From Lingula anatina (taxonomy: Eukaryota; Animalia; Brachiopoda): 64,000 nucleotides of DNA. The stretch covers positions 64,272,788 through 64,336,787 of the forward strand of contig CM120640.1 in the NCBI GenBank assembly GCA_051362555.1. The letters run 5' to 3'. A program made the position numbers and the translations under genes. Of this stretch, positions 24,201-34,800 are shown piece by piece. Numbering within the stretch: position 1 is the stretch's first letter; each line of letters opens with the position of its first letter. The notes below the pieces were generated by a model. That model searched no databases. It was given only the letters and a program-made list of their open reading frames with translations, and was not told where the DNA came from.

Positions 24201-26585
24201 ACAAATGTTCACGATCTTGGCTTCATATTATTCAAATTCAATACATCAAAAGGTAGCAACAAATACAAAAGAATAAAAGAAGGCAATTTCGGAGAACAAT
24301 ATACAATATTAGAAGTTTAATAGGACAGTAATATATACCAAAGTAAATCACCCAGGATTGGTTGGGGTCATTTTGGATTTCAAGTTTTTTTTTTTTTGTT
24401 CTTAAAATGATAATTATAGGAATAACAAACACTATAAGCCGTAAGTAAAGACTAAATACCATATGGATATCAAAATACTTAACATTTCTCGATCCCATTA
24501 AATTTATTAAATTTTCAACGTTAGTTACTTACAGTAGAAACAGGTTTAGAAATCAGCTTAAACCGGCCGCAATTTTGATATTGCTGCCATCTTGAAAAAA
24601 ATCACATCATCTTGGATGTTCAAAGAATGTTTTGCCATCATACCACGAATACAGCTGTCTTTTTAAGTTTACATCATTGTTGAAGTTAATATATTTGAAA
24701 TGTATGAAATTTTCTTAGTCTCAGAAATGTCAATTTCGAACCCCTGTGTTAGTATGGCAATGGCTGGGTTAATTGAATAGAAAACAAGCAGAAAATGGGA
24801 TCTTAGGATGTAAGCGATATATATAATAGTAAATAAAAGTCGATAAAGGGGGATTCAGGTTAATAAAATCAATCTAAGTAACATTCTTTTGGAATATAAT
24901 TTTCAATCAATTTTTAAGCAAGAGTGTATCATATTGACCACAAATATATAGTCCCCTATACTCATTGACAGCCATTTCTTTCAAATGCGACAAAATACAT
25001 TAGTATTTCAACTCAAAAGTTTTCTTTTCCATGTCAAATGTGAGTGATTAGCATGTACATGAAACTTTGTGTGATTTCTTAGGTCAAATGTGAGTGACTT
25101 GCATTTATTGGGGGGGTATTATAGGTCTTTTATCTAGTCTAGGTTATTGTTGACCATTTGATCTTTCTTTTTTTTAATCATTTTGCATGACCACACATCT
25201 AGTAGTGATAAGCAATATTAAAACATAAGTATTCATCCAAACTTAAGATAAAATTAGGAATATTGCTGTCATATTTTAGTCTACTGGTTACAAAGATGTA
25301 AATTCACGGTCATTGGCGGCCATTTTGAATTTTGAAAGCCATACTGTAATCCAAATTAAGTCAAGTAATTGAAAAGGGTTCTGTTTTTATATTCAGTGCA
25401 CCAAAAGTAATGAAGAACTTAATTTGGGATGATAAATCTGTCATATTTCCAGACAGGACAGCTACATGTAAAAGACTTGTTTTGTGGCAGCCATGTTGGA
25501 TTTCAGGATTTTTCATCTCAATAAAAAGATTGCACCTTGAACAAACACTACAGGCAGAAAGTAGAGATTCCATGCTACACTGGTGCATCAAAATATCCCA
25601 GATATTGCAATTATTTAATAATTAAATAAGAATTAAAAAATTAAAAATTATCCAAATTTCTGAAAAAACAGCAAAAATTGGCCGCCATCTTGAATTTGCC
25701 GCCATCTTGGAAAATTTTGTTCATCGTTAGGTATAGTGCACATCTTAGACTACATGTCTAGAATGATTTTGAATTCTATTTAGTTTATGTATTTGAAATA
25801 TTTTAGATTTTGTTGGGCTCAGAAATGTCAATTTTTAACCCGTGTGTTACCATGGCAACGGCTGTAGCACCCACACCCACCACCAGTTTAATGGCAAACA
25901 AGCAGAAAATAAAAGCTAAGGACCTAAGCTATCAGAAAAACATAGTGAACGAAAATCACTAAGGGGGGGGAGGGTTTCGGTATTTGGCCCACGGACTATA
26001 GGCTCTTGTCACCGCAGTCACTGTAATAATTTTTAATATAACATTTCAGCTGATTATATGGCTTCCTGGAGAAGTACAAAAAATATGTGGTTCATAGATA
26101 GTCAGTACATTGAAACGGAAAAAACATACGAGGCGAGTTTCTGGAATTGTCTAGTTTTACATATATTGGACCCTTTGAAAAAGACTTACGGGGAAGCGAA
26201 ATTGAAAAAGGAGCTGCTCGGCCTCCGAAAAAGGGCTATTATACTTTTGGGCTTCCTCAATGTTCTCTGGATTGTCATTACTTTATTGATACAGAATCAG
26301 TCGGATATATTCATACGTTGGACAGACCAAAACGGCTTGGAACAGAAAACTGATCCTCTGAGTCTTTTGTTTCTCAGTCTTTTCATTCTTGTTACGTCTA
26401 TTCAGTTTGTAGTTATGTTCTTTCATCGGTTTTGGACGTTGATATATTACATGTCTAAAGCCGTAGAAAGGGTTTCTGAATGCAAACGTAAGGGAGATCC
26501 AGAAAAACCTGAGAATGGTAGAGGAGATACAGAAGGATCGACAAGGGAGGATAGAAAGGATAAAGTTTTGGGTGAAACAGTTTAA
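264..26585 (+). CDS. CHS: Chitin synthase (GT2), 5'-partial; exons 264-458, 18351-20030, 20415-20651, 26050-26585
   Basis: Motifs WYQKFEYA..HWLQK, CSPGCFSLFR, QHDQG|EDRWLCTLLLQ, QRRRW, SWGTRE and a C-terminal FW..L / QF..M..HRF.TL transmembrane region. All three introns are GT-AG and join in phase 1. AATAAA near 26705. Confidence 0.95.
554..783 (+). repeat. Polinton left TIR
   Basis: Reverse complement of 17939-18168 with about 4 mismatches by eye; TGACGTCA at 737-744. Confidence 0.95.
1218..5756. mobile_element. Non-autonomous or decayed P-superfamily-like DNA transposon nested in the Polinton
   Basis: Perfect 30-bp TIR CATAGAAGTAGAGAAAATGGAATGCCAACT (1218-1247, 5727-5756), ~50-bp subterminal inverted repeat and 7-bp TSD GTCATAT (1211-1217, 5757-5763). 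CAT termini and a 7-8 bp TSD fit the P superfamily. Confidence 0.85.
2298..2510 (+). pseudogene. Degenerate THAP-domain remnant (P transposase N-terminus)
   Basis: SDKWRSQLIHCINRCDSYFNPEKVKICSSYFE resembles the THAP pattern W...I.R.D..F.P....ICS.HF, with the His lost; HVSFH lies upstream in another frame. Confidence 0.5.
6436..6650 (+). promoter_or_regulatory. Cluster of inverted CCAAT boxes (GATTGGTT) upstream of the BIR gene
   Basis: ATTGG at 6436, 6565, 6605 and 6646; the last three are 40-41 bp apart. Confidence 0.5.
6729..7196 (+). CDS. Single-BIR-domain IAP-like protein (Polinton accessory gene), 155 aa
   Basis: R..SF.NWP, LA..GFY, V.CFYC...L.NW....D.P..EH..HSP.C form a complete BIR signature with C2HC Zn ligands; no RING domain. 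Confidence 0.92.
   Translation: MDDDHPETDSELGGVLYGPVMPYAKEEDRILSFLNWPGKLLINPIPLAISGFYRDPRASRHDAVVRCFYCDLYLKNWDPLRDAPDVEHERHSPQCTMSTVGKRINQRFNVPLTPKKRFQMVRLFVVDDTLPVVHTASTVMSLLNTHYDETDGNYK
7258..8364 (+). CDS. Retroviral-like (c-int) integrase with C-terminal chromodomain
   Basis: DDE triad in WQGDLAD, LQTDAGTEF and VVERFNR; chromodomain YRIEKILK...LFVKWVGYDDRFNTWV; ORF intact. Confidence 0.96.
   Translation: MPRKKKTKKGQNKTDAYLHSLYTNPSNPVSFGGMLKLYNAARKDGKKISRQQIKDFLAAQDVYTLYAPVRKQFSTNRVMVNYIDDQWQGDLADLSKIAKYNKGMKFLLTVIDIFSKYAWAVPIKSKSADNVLDALKGIVSEGRKPLVLQTDAGTEFTNRKFQAYLKSQGIAFFTTKSERKSSVVERFNRSIKTRLYRYFTANSTLTYVTVLNDLMTGYNHAKHRSIKMAPIDVNPRNANIVWKNLYGKVKIGKSGFKFQVGDTVRLSKTRTPFAKGYEQGWTQEIFTISERLNRTPPVYKVKDYNGEQIEGVLYEPEMIKVIKTDDVYRIEKILKTRGKGKTRQLFVKWVGYDDRFNTWVDSKDVQKT
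8403..9133 (+). pseudogene. Minor capsid (penton-like) protein, frameshifted near 8948
   Basis: N-terminus FHVILPSNSS..YFPNN....F.TKL...L.LEG.FEVAL.E; the C-terminus (YGQVVTKTFDNPIYIPL...TLHFRR) continues in another frame to a stop at 9133. Confidence 0.88.
9137..9514 (+). CDS. Small basic Polinton core-like protein with Gly-rich putative protease-cleavage motifs
   Basis: Y..QVGGG...F.G...QRGNG motif and K/R-rich tail; lies between the penton and MCP genes. Confidence 0.7.
   Translation: MDPVYVALVKRYEAQVGGGSIHKFRGTRVQSRMQRGNGRLFQPRHAEILHVHRQNNPKRTEQPAVKKKRKRSRTPKSKLYVNGDVIRKTLNAMTIKKNNTPKASRRVKGRRPKQSRSFKARETNF
9517..10823 (+). pseudogene. Major capsid protein (double jelly-roll), frameshifted near 10352
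   Basis: ELDIF, VNNTLHSLF..VDV.LN, YAYRAY.E.LL, then G.MPKR...AFSG....NPFNF.H in the next frame; a small deletion at the junction is likely. Confidence 0.92.
10826..11353 (+). pseudogene. Adenain-like cysteine maturation protease with in-frame TGA at 11018-11020
   Basis: NTD....PGVHWVA (His), *EFFDSF (Asp) and LQ.....VCGQYC (Cys) all lie in one frame across the stop. Confidence 0.92.
11419..12180 (-). pseudogene. Conserved Polinton ORF of unknown function with premature TAA at 11746-11748
   Basis: Reads ...VLS*NDQGELKYNG....GSNVVDL..D....PPG...FL..L..LNVP in one frame; the stop falls where Maverick homologues usually have Trp. Confidence 0.75.
12164..12487 (-). CDS. Small basic conserved Polinton ORF (107 aa)
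   Basis: L..IIC...NLL..N+.L...K..L...K pattern; lies immediately downstream of the ATPase as in other Mavericks. Confidence 0.65.
   Translation of the reverse strand: MKVETEKLFKAHVNLLSIADKKLITAVVKNSHYDLARIICNYASNLLYNTNITLTATEKSALRRVKRVIVQLASKQVSIQRKKIILIRNPSAVKAILKPITRNGRLQ
12518..13189 (-). CDS. A32/FtsK-like DNA packaging ATPase
   Basis: Walker A GPTGSGKT, Walker B LIVLDD, SHHRNISV...QN and YLLIDL; ORF intact. Confidence 0.95.
   Translation of the reverse strand: MPITFLDMYDTHLKHPFTALLAGPTGSGKTVWIKRLLSNADTMISPSPQKIIYCYDIWQQLFDEIQREHPDTVTFFKGIPTDLTDATFFDSQLNNLIVLDDLFAECSDDARIRDLFTKGSHHRNISVVLIVQNLFPKEKHVRTISLNCHYLVLFKNPRDSLQVKTLGMQMYPNDLKTFINVYKDATASAHGYLLIDLKQATAENIRLRTNIFPGETHYAYTCK
13785..13807 (+). 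repeat. G23 homopolymer inside pPolB, in frame (Gly8)
   Basis: cat aac G23 a gat cag ttg tgc. Confidence 0.95.
16597..16862 (+). other. Predicted spliceosomal intron (266 bp, phase 1) in pPolB motif B
   Basis: TGG G|GTACGT ... T-rich tract TTTCAG|GC AAG TTC GGT CAA; splicing restores NSFWGKFGQR exactly. Confidence 0.88.
17939..18168 (-). repeat. Polinton right TIR, plus an extra subrepeat copy at ~17900-17938
   Basis: Inverted copy of 554-783; TGACGTCA at 17916 and 17978 (62-bp period). Confidence 0.95.
21395..25998. mobile_element. Non-autonomous Academ-like DNA transposon in the last chitin synthase intron
   Basis: TAG...CTA termini, long imperfect TIRs of several hundred bp, 3-bp TSD TAG (21392-21394, 25999-26001), and internal ~730-bp tandem blocks rich in CAAGATGGC. 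Confidence 0.75.
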
Positions 26586-27200
26586 TGTGTTGAAACCCGA
26601 ACCCAAAGAACTGCACTGAACTGAACCTCGTTACTTAGACTATTTTCGGTTGTGTTTATGTACACACCTAATTACTTATCCGTGTAAAGTGAAAGGAGCT
26701 TCGAAATAAAAAATGAAATTATATAGCTGAACTGAACATTGAAGTTGAAAACTGGAGAGAACATGACTTTTTAATTTCATTTTACAGTAGGCCATCGACT
26801 GTCATGAACCATACAAACACCTGGTAAATATTTTTAAAAAGAAAATAGGAAGAGATGAATGCCTGCCGTTTGAATTATAAAATAAAAAGGGGTTGGTGTA
26901 AATTTGTCGACTTGCAAATGCAGAACGATTTTCGGACGCGATGTTTGATTCCTTTGTGTGTGTGTGTATGTGTGTGTGTTTGTACATAAAAACAGAACTT
27001 TTGGAAAAATAATCCGACCAGGCTGATTTTCGAACTTGATCTGTATTTCATAAATATTCATCAGTATCTCTGTCTGTACATAAAACGAAGTTAAAACAGT
27101 CGGATGAAAGTTGATCTACGTAGTAGTGTTACTCATAATGATGAAATTTTAATCTGTTCAATTTGTACACAGCATACCTGGGAAGCACTTGGGACTTTAT

Positions 27201-27338
27201 CAGTCACACTGAAGTTTCATGACGGGGGTAGGGGGAAGGGGGAGAGACACAACCTGTCTCACATCTGGGACAGTGTTATAGTGAACAACTATCACTAAAC
27301 TGTTCACTATACACCGTCATGTAACCTCAGTGAGACTG
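27201..27338. repeat. Small hairpin or MITE-like inverted repeat
   Basis: cagtcacactgaagtttcatgacgg ... ccgtcatgtaacctcagtgagactg; ~25-bp arms with 3 mismatches. Confidence 0.5.
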
Positions 27339-28833
27339 TTGTATTGCTTTTCAGCTACATTTGTGTATAAACTGCACTTTTAAATTTCATCAATATGAGT
27401 AACCCTACTACATAGATCAACTTTCATCATGAGTTAAAGACATATCAGTTTAGGGAATTTTATCATTATCTTTACTGAAATTGGTTCTACGTGAGAATTG
27501 GGCTGTTTTATTGATAATTTTAATTGTAATTTCATTTTATGATAGAATTGGGCCATTTTTAAATCTAGAACCTTAACCTTTAAACATTTGTATATCTTGA
27601 TAACTGTGTTCTCAAGTGCTTCTTTTTTATGAAAAGTCTACTGAACATTTTTAATGAATTTTAGACTGCAACATTCAAGTCATTCTGTTAGTGTGTCCCA
27701 GCCCCTTTTCATGTAACAGGCACTGGGCTTCAGGTGTTCAAAACCAAAACCAGAAATACCAGTGAAATACTACAAAAACTACCATGAGAAAAAAACATAA
27801 AAATGCATAACTGTGTCTGTGAATAAAAATAATAGCAAACAGTTTACGAACTATTAAGGGCATGCCTGTATATTCTATTTATGGCAGGTTGCCATTTAAC
27901 TTTTCTTCAACTTGTCTTTCTCAAATAAGGCTCCCATTTTTCTTTTCTTTTTTTTTGGAATATTTTTCCATTTTTAATTCTGTTAATTCTTGTCTCATAA
28001 AGCAGAAAATGTATACCACAACACAAATCCACATTTCTTTGGAATAATGCTCGTTCTATGCTGCAGAATGGATAGGGATTCCAGGTAAGTTTAGGGCCCA
28101 TTTATTCAGTTAATCTATGCATCTTAATTTCCTCAATTCTCTTAATCTTCAATTCAAATTATGCAAGGTCACCTCTGGTAACTATCTAGAGTAGAAAGCA
28201 GCAGGTTCTTTTGGTCTGGTTTTTTAAACATACCAAAGCACTTTTTATCGGATCGTGCACTTGGACATCAATTCACTCATGAGTCATGAGGTACAAAAAA
28301 CATATTCAGGATGTAGAAATCATACTATTGTAATTGATGTGTAATTTAAAGCCAAATGAATTGGTAAGTGTCAAGAAATTCCATTTCTTCAAAATTTCCC
28401 AGGAATTTCCAATGAATTAAAGAAAACATAATGCAATTTTCAGTATCCCAATACTTGTAGCAGTTTTTAAAAATCTGACAAATGAAGATGTTGGGATCCA
28501 TTAAGCAATGACTTGCTGTTTTACCTCGTAAAGTGACCTCACCTGTCATACAGGTAACACTGAAAGATCCCATTATAAGCGAAAAAGCACTTTGATTTCA
28601 AGTTAATGAACTCTCCCTCATAAGTCCACCAATACAGACACAGGTGACTATGAAATATATTTGTGACTGCACAAAAAAATTTGCGAAAGTTTGACAATAT
28701 TGTTGATACCATCATAATCCAATAAAGTATCCTTCTAGTTCCGATAAATAAAACCTGCTGTGCCACTCTTAAAGATTTAATAGTGGTTTGCAAGCATTTC
28801 TATATTCTGCCATTGCCTAAAATGTATTGTCCA

Positions 28834-31800
28834 TCAAGAGGCTTTAGTTGTACATGTTCCAACATCAGACTCCTTATTGGTTTTCTTTGGTAATGTTGCA
28901 CCCAGGTTAATAGCTACTGAAGATCTGAAAAGACAAGAATAAAAGTTATTTGTAATGTATAAAAATGTTAAAGCATATTCAAAGTAAAACAATGCTGAAT
29001 ACTTGTATATCATAAAATACTGCCCTAGTTGTTAAAACTTTTTTCAAAAATCTCAAAGGCACTTCCTTGCAGAGATGGTGAAAATCAATAAAGCAAGTTC
29101 TTATCTATCTGCCCCTGGCATCTAGTCTTCCAAAAACAATCACAAAATAATAACAATAATAATAACAATGATATATGAAAATATGGCTCTGCAATCTTCA
29201 AATAAAATGATATCAGTTAAATACACAACATAAAAGCTACCAACCTATTATGTGTTAAATGACTCCTGACTAAATGTCCTGCAGCAAGTGCAGACATCAG
29301 AGACAGCTCTCCTGCCAGAACAGTAGCACACACCACTCTGGCCAACAGGGATGCATTGCAGCCTGCCACACCATTACTACCATGTACACCAAGCATCTGA
29401 AATACAGAAGCGTACTTAAGAGTAAATCCAACTGTAAGGATTGGGACACAATGTATGAAAAAGAGCAAAGAGGTTAATGAAACACATAAAGCTGTCTATG
29501 CAAAGAAAATAGGAATACCTACTGTTTCTAACCCCTCCCCCTTTTTTTCTACGTGTATAAAAGGCCATACCTGTAAGCAAGCAGCCTGTGGTGGTAACAC
29601 AGTCCCACCTCCCACAGTGCCCACCTCTATGGAAGGCATACTACAGCTGATATAGAGATCTTCACTGTGAGGTCCCACGCCCTCCATCAGAGTTATACAA
29701 TTAGCACTGGTCACCACCTGGGCTGGATCTTGACCAGTGGCTATAAAAATAGCAGTCACTATGTTGGCTGCATGAGCGTTGAAACCACCAATACTGCCTG
29801 CCATGGCTGAACCAATTAGATTCTTACTCAAGTTCACCTCTACCAGTGCCTGTGTGGTAGTTTTGAGAACATTGCGCACTGTGCTGGCAGGAATTGTGGC
29901 CTCACATACAACTGATTTGCCTCGACCTTCAATCCTGAAATAAATTTTTGGGAAGTTCATTCCATGGATGTAACTAGAGGATCAGAGAGGCGATACCGCC
30001 TCCAAATATTGTACCACCAGCTGGAGCAAACGCATTCGTATAGACCCCCACATACACAAAATAAGGGACACAGCCACCAGTTTTGTGCTTGACAAGCTGT
30101 AAAAATGCAATCAACAAGAATTTTTAAACTATTGCAAAAAATATATATGGTACAATCAAATTTAAGTTCTTCGTAAGGTAGGTCAAGGGTCAATTTCAAG
30201 GTCACAGTAAATTGCCAGTATATGACTTCCTATTCAAGTTCAAGAGTAACTATGGACCTATCTCTGTCAAGTTTGAAGTTAAAAGAGAAAGAAATTAGCA
30301 GAGTTCAGTTCATGGTAAAAAGTAGGTCAAAGGTCAATTTCAAGGTCACACTTAGATTGCCAGTATAGGACTTCCTATTCAACTTCAATAGTAACTATTG
30401 ACCTATCTCAGCCAGTTTTGGAGATAAAAGGGAAGCAAAATTTGTAAAATTCAGTTCATGGTGAAAAGTAGGTCAAAGGTCAATTTCAAGGTCACACTTA
30501 GATTGCCAGTATAGGACTTCCTATTCAACTTCAATAGTAACTATGGACCTATCTCAGCCAGTTTTGGAGATAAAAGGGAAGCAAAATTTGCAAAATTCAG
30601 TTCATGGTGAAAAGTAGGTCAAAGGTCAATTTCAAGGTCACATTTAGATTGCCAGTATATGACTTTCTATTCAAGTTCAATAGTAACTACGGACCTATCT
30701 CAGCCAGTTTTGGAGATAAAAGGGAAGCAAATTTTGCAAAGTTCAGTTTATGGTGAAAAGTAGGTCAAAGGTCAATTTTAAGGTCACATTTAGATTGCCA
30801 GTAAATGACTTCCTATTCAAGTTCAATAGTAACTACGGACCTATCTCAGCCAGTTTTGGAGATAAAAGGAAAGCAAAATTTGCAAAATTCAGTTCATGGT
30901 GAAAAGTAGGTCAAAGGTCAATTTTAATGTCACACATAGATTGCCAGTATATGACTTCCTATTCAAGTTCAATAGTAACTACGGACCTATCTCTGCCAGT
31001 TTTGGAGATAAAAGGAAAGCAAAATTTGCAAAATTCAGTTCATGGTGTAAAGTAGGTCAAAGGTCAATTTTAAGGTCACATTTAGATTGCCAGTATATAA
31101 CTTCCTATTCAAGTTCAATAGTAACTATGGACCTATCTCTGCCAGTTTTGGAGATAAAAGGGAAGAAAAATTTGCAAAGTTCAGTTCATGGTGAAAAGTA
31201 GGTCAAAGGTCAATTTCAAGGTCATAGTAAGATTGCCAGTACATGACTTCCTATTCAACTTCAATAGTAACTATGGACCTATCTCTGCCAGTTTTGGAGA
31301 TATAAGGGACTAGATGTTATAATTTTGGAGTTACCATAATGTGCCTTAAATTTCGTACAGAAAAAATTAATTAAAATAAAGAAAATGTCATTTTGGTCAA
31401 AATTCTTGAAATAGGAGGTACTCTGAAGTTTCAGAAGTTCAAATTTGATGAAATAATGTCATTTTTGAACACAAGTTGTCTGCTTTGCCAAGCCTTATGT
31501 TTTATTTTTCCAGAGTTCAAAATTTATTATCCATTACCGTACTGCACATTTTGCTTTTACCACCAATATGTACTTTTTGATACAGCGTAACTCGAAAACC
31601 GTATGGAATACAAAAAAACCGAGACGACCTCCAGTGTTGGGCTTTACATGCTCTACAAAATGCAAAAAAGAATGGGTCTCTAGCATTAACGATTCCCGAA
31701 TTAGAGACAGTTTTCAGTTTCGGTATCTTATGGCCGCTACTCCCGTGAAAATGCACCGATTGACCCCAAATTCATGGAGATGAAAGATGACCTGAAGGGT

Positions 31801-34800
31801 AATATTTTCCAATAATATTATTGGTTAAGTCTGTGTGGTGTCTGAATAACAGGGCAAAAAAAATTTTTTTCGTAAAAAATTTCATTTTTTTGAAAATTTT
31901 GGCCCATTTGACCTTGAAGTAGAGGTCACAGGTCAAATCCAAGGGTATATTTGAAATCTACACATATGACTTTTGGAAAGCCGTCTATAGAAATTTTTCC
32001 CATAACTCCTTCTGTAGGGTAGATAATTAGCATTTAATTTTGCCATTTTTAGACAAGGGTGAATTGCAATGAGTGCCACACCCAGACCCCAATACCGACA
32101 AAGCCCAAATTTTACGTGGAACGAGTTGAGATTATAGGTGACCTAAATCCATGAGATGGGTACGGGGGCCCTTACCGTCTAGGAGGAGAAGCGGTAACGG
32201 TAGCCGTCCGGCGGAGCCGGCGGAGCCGGCGGAATGATCCGGACGGGACCGAAACCATGTGTACCGCCAGCGCTAACGCTGGTGGTACAATGATGCCAGG
32301 ATGCATTAATAATTTTTCTGTATATAAGGACTTGTATTATGAAGACTTTGTAATGAAAATATGAATGATTGCACAAGAAGAATCCCCCCCCCCCCATATA
32401 TAATAGTACTTTTTTACCAGCAGATAAATTGGGGATAAGGGGATAAAGTGTCTACAACACTTCATTTGGGCACACAAAAAATTACAGATGCATCCAAACT
32501 TCACAGCAGTCAGAGGTATTTAACCTCTGATTCTTTAGAATTACCTTATCACTTTTCCAGAACAAAAGTCTGCTGAACAATGATCTCAATGCGATTGACT
32601 GAAAACTGTAACAGATGACTGGGCAAAATGGCAAAAACCTTCAATTTTACACAAAAAAATGCTCATCTTATTCCACGAAAAGCAATGCACACTGTAAGTT
32701 TGCTTTGTCATCTTCTTACTTACCAATTGATTGCAGAGGCCTTTTTGTCCACACAATAATTCCCACTGAGACTTATAACTTCCATTTCTTCAAATTTATC
32801 TTGGAGAAAACTAAGGGCTTTTTCTGTTCCCTAAAACATATGACAAAATGTGCTTAAATTACCAGACACACAAAAATTTCATTTCCCAAATTTGCATTTC
32901 ATAATTGGTCAGTTTTGATAAAATATGTATACAAAATCTTTTTTTAAATATATGTAGGCAATTTATCAATTATAATATATTTTTCTTTCATATGAAGGAA
33001 ATTTATAAATTGCAATGATTTTTGTCTAATTTGCATTGTTAAAGAATAAAATTCTGTGTAATTACTTTGTTTAAAAAATGCATCAAAATAGACAAAATGG
33101 ATTATATATAAATCATGATCACCTTAGATAGCATATTCATCCCCATGGCATCTCCAGTTACTGCCACAAAACGTATATATAAGTGTCTCCCTGCTTGGGC
33201 TGACTGAACCCTGTCTAGTCTACAAAACCTGTCATCAAATTTGAAAAAAAAATAATAATAATAATAAGTACACATTTTTAAAATTACAACTTAAGGGTCT
33301 TAATTCCAGTTTTGTAGTTGTTAAAATAAAGGTGAGTTTGAATTGACAAGACAGTAACATGTTTGACTTCAAATCCAGAAAATTTACTACACTACAAATT
33401 GTAGCCAGACGGGTCTTAGTATCTGCATCTAAAATGTATTTAGAAGCAGAAAAAAAAGATAAATCCATCAAATCCCATTCAATAATAAAAATAAATAACA
33501 TAATTCACTCTATTACCTGCTAGTAGAATCAAATGCTTCCTTTAGTATATCAAAGTTGTCCCTATTGTTAAGCCATAGCTTAAGTTCGCTGGCCTTTTGA
33601 GCACTGGGAAACCTGACTACTGGCCCCCTGGACATACCATCTCCTATTACCATGCTCTTCACACCACAACCCTATAAAAAAAGGGCATACATGAAGCAAA
33701 ATATACACACTAATTTCACATTACTTTATATGTAGTCTTAAACTCATTTTGTTAACTTGCTTCTTTTTTTCAGGGATTTTTATCTAGTCCATGCAACATT
33801 TTACTAATAGTACAAATATAAATGCATTTTAATCAATTTAAAAAACTAATTTTCTACCATTGCTACTGAAACTACTGAAGTAAATATTCTAATTCAAACT
33901 ATTCAATTGATTCAACTGATTCAAACTCTGATTGCTTCAATGATAAGCCAAACTAAGTCCTGGAATATGCATTGCATTTCAAACTACATCTTTCTTAAAT
34001 ACATTCTACATCATTTCACATTTAAATGTAGAATGTACTTACAGCTAAAGCCCTACAACCTCTGTTTGCACTGGCTACTAGGCAACCCTCTGTAGTTGCC
34101 ATGGGAACCTGGTACTGCTGACCATCTAAAACTAGTGGACCAGCTACACCCACTGGCATGGGCAAATAGCCTATTACATTCTCACAACATGCACCTTCAA
34201 CCTGGAAATGCAACCAAAATATGGTTAATATGAAACCTTCAAGATAAAATTATTTTTATTGCTGGAAGATATTATCCTGTTTAAAGATGGCCTGCTATAA
34301 CTATATTCAGAAAAATAAACATGGCTTATGTGCTTATTTTTGATTAAAAATAAATATTTCCATTACAAGATGTTAATCTTAACCAATTTTCAAATTATTT
34401 TATCTTTCACAAATAAGATTTTGAAATATTACTCTTTCTCAACTTACATAAGTATAGTCGTAATTTGTATAGGGTAGCATTTCCATTGCTTTGGTGTTTG
34501 GAAGAACTTTTGAGACAAGATTTCTCCTGAAAAAAAAAAAGCAATCCTTGAAACACATCACTATGTTATATGCTATTCCTGACAGATTAATCTTCACCAA
34601 AATGTAACATGCAGATTAAAGAAATAAAGGAATGTTATGAATTGTACCTTATGGCAACTCCCCTTTCATGATTCCCAAGAGTACTTTCCAACTTGTAGGC
34701 AGGAATATGGCGGGATTTCACTAACAGTAATATTTCTTCATCTGTTAGTTGACTAGGTCCTTCCTATGTATTGAAAAATATCAGCAAAAATTATACAATT

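Noticed and set aside
21399-25625. Short ORFs within the Academ-like element and other introns
   Set aside because: They have no recognisable motifs and are explained as chance frames in AT-rich repeats or antisense shadows of real exons.
30180-31310. 146-bp and 161-bp tandem arrays as CRISPR-like loci
   Set aside because: They are contiguous monomers with no unique spacers and no cas genes, in a eukaryotic context inside HINEs.
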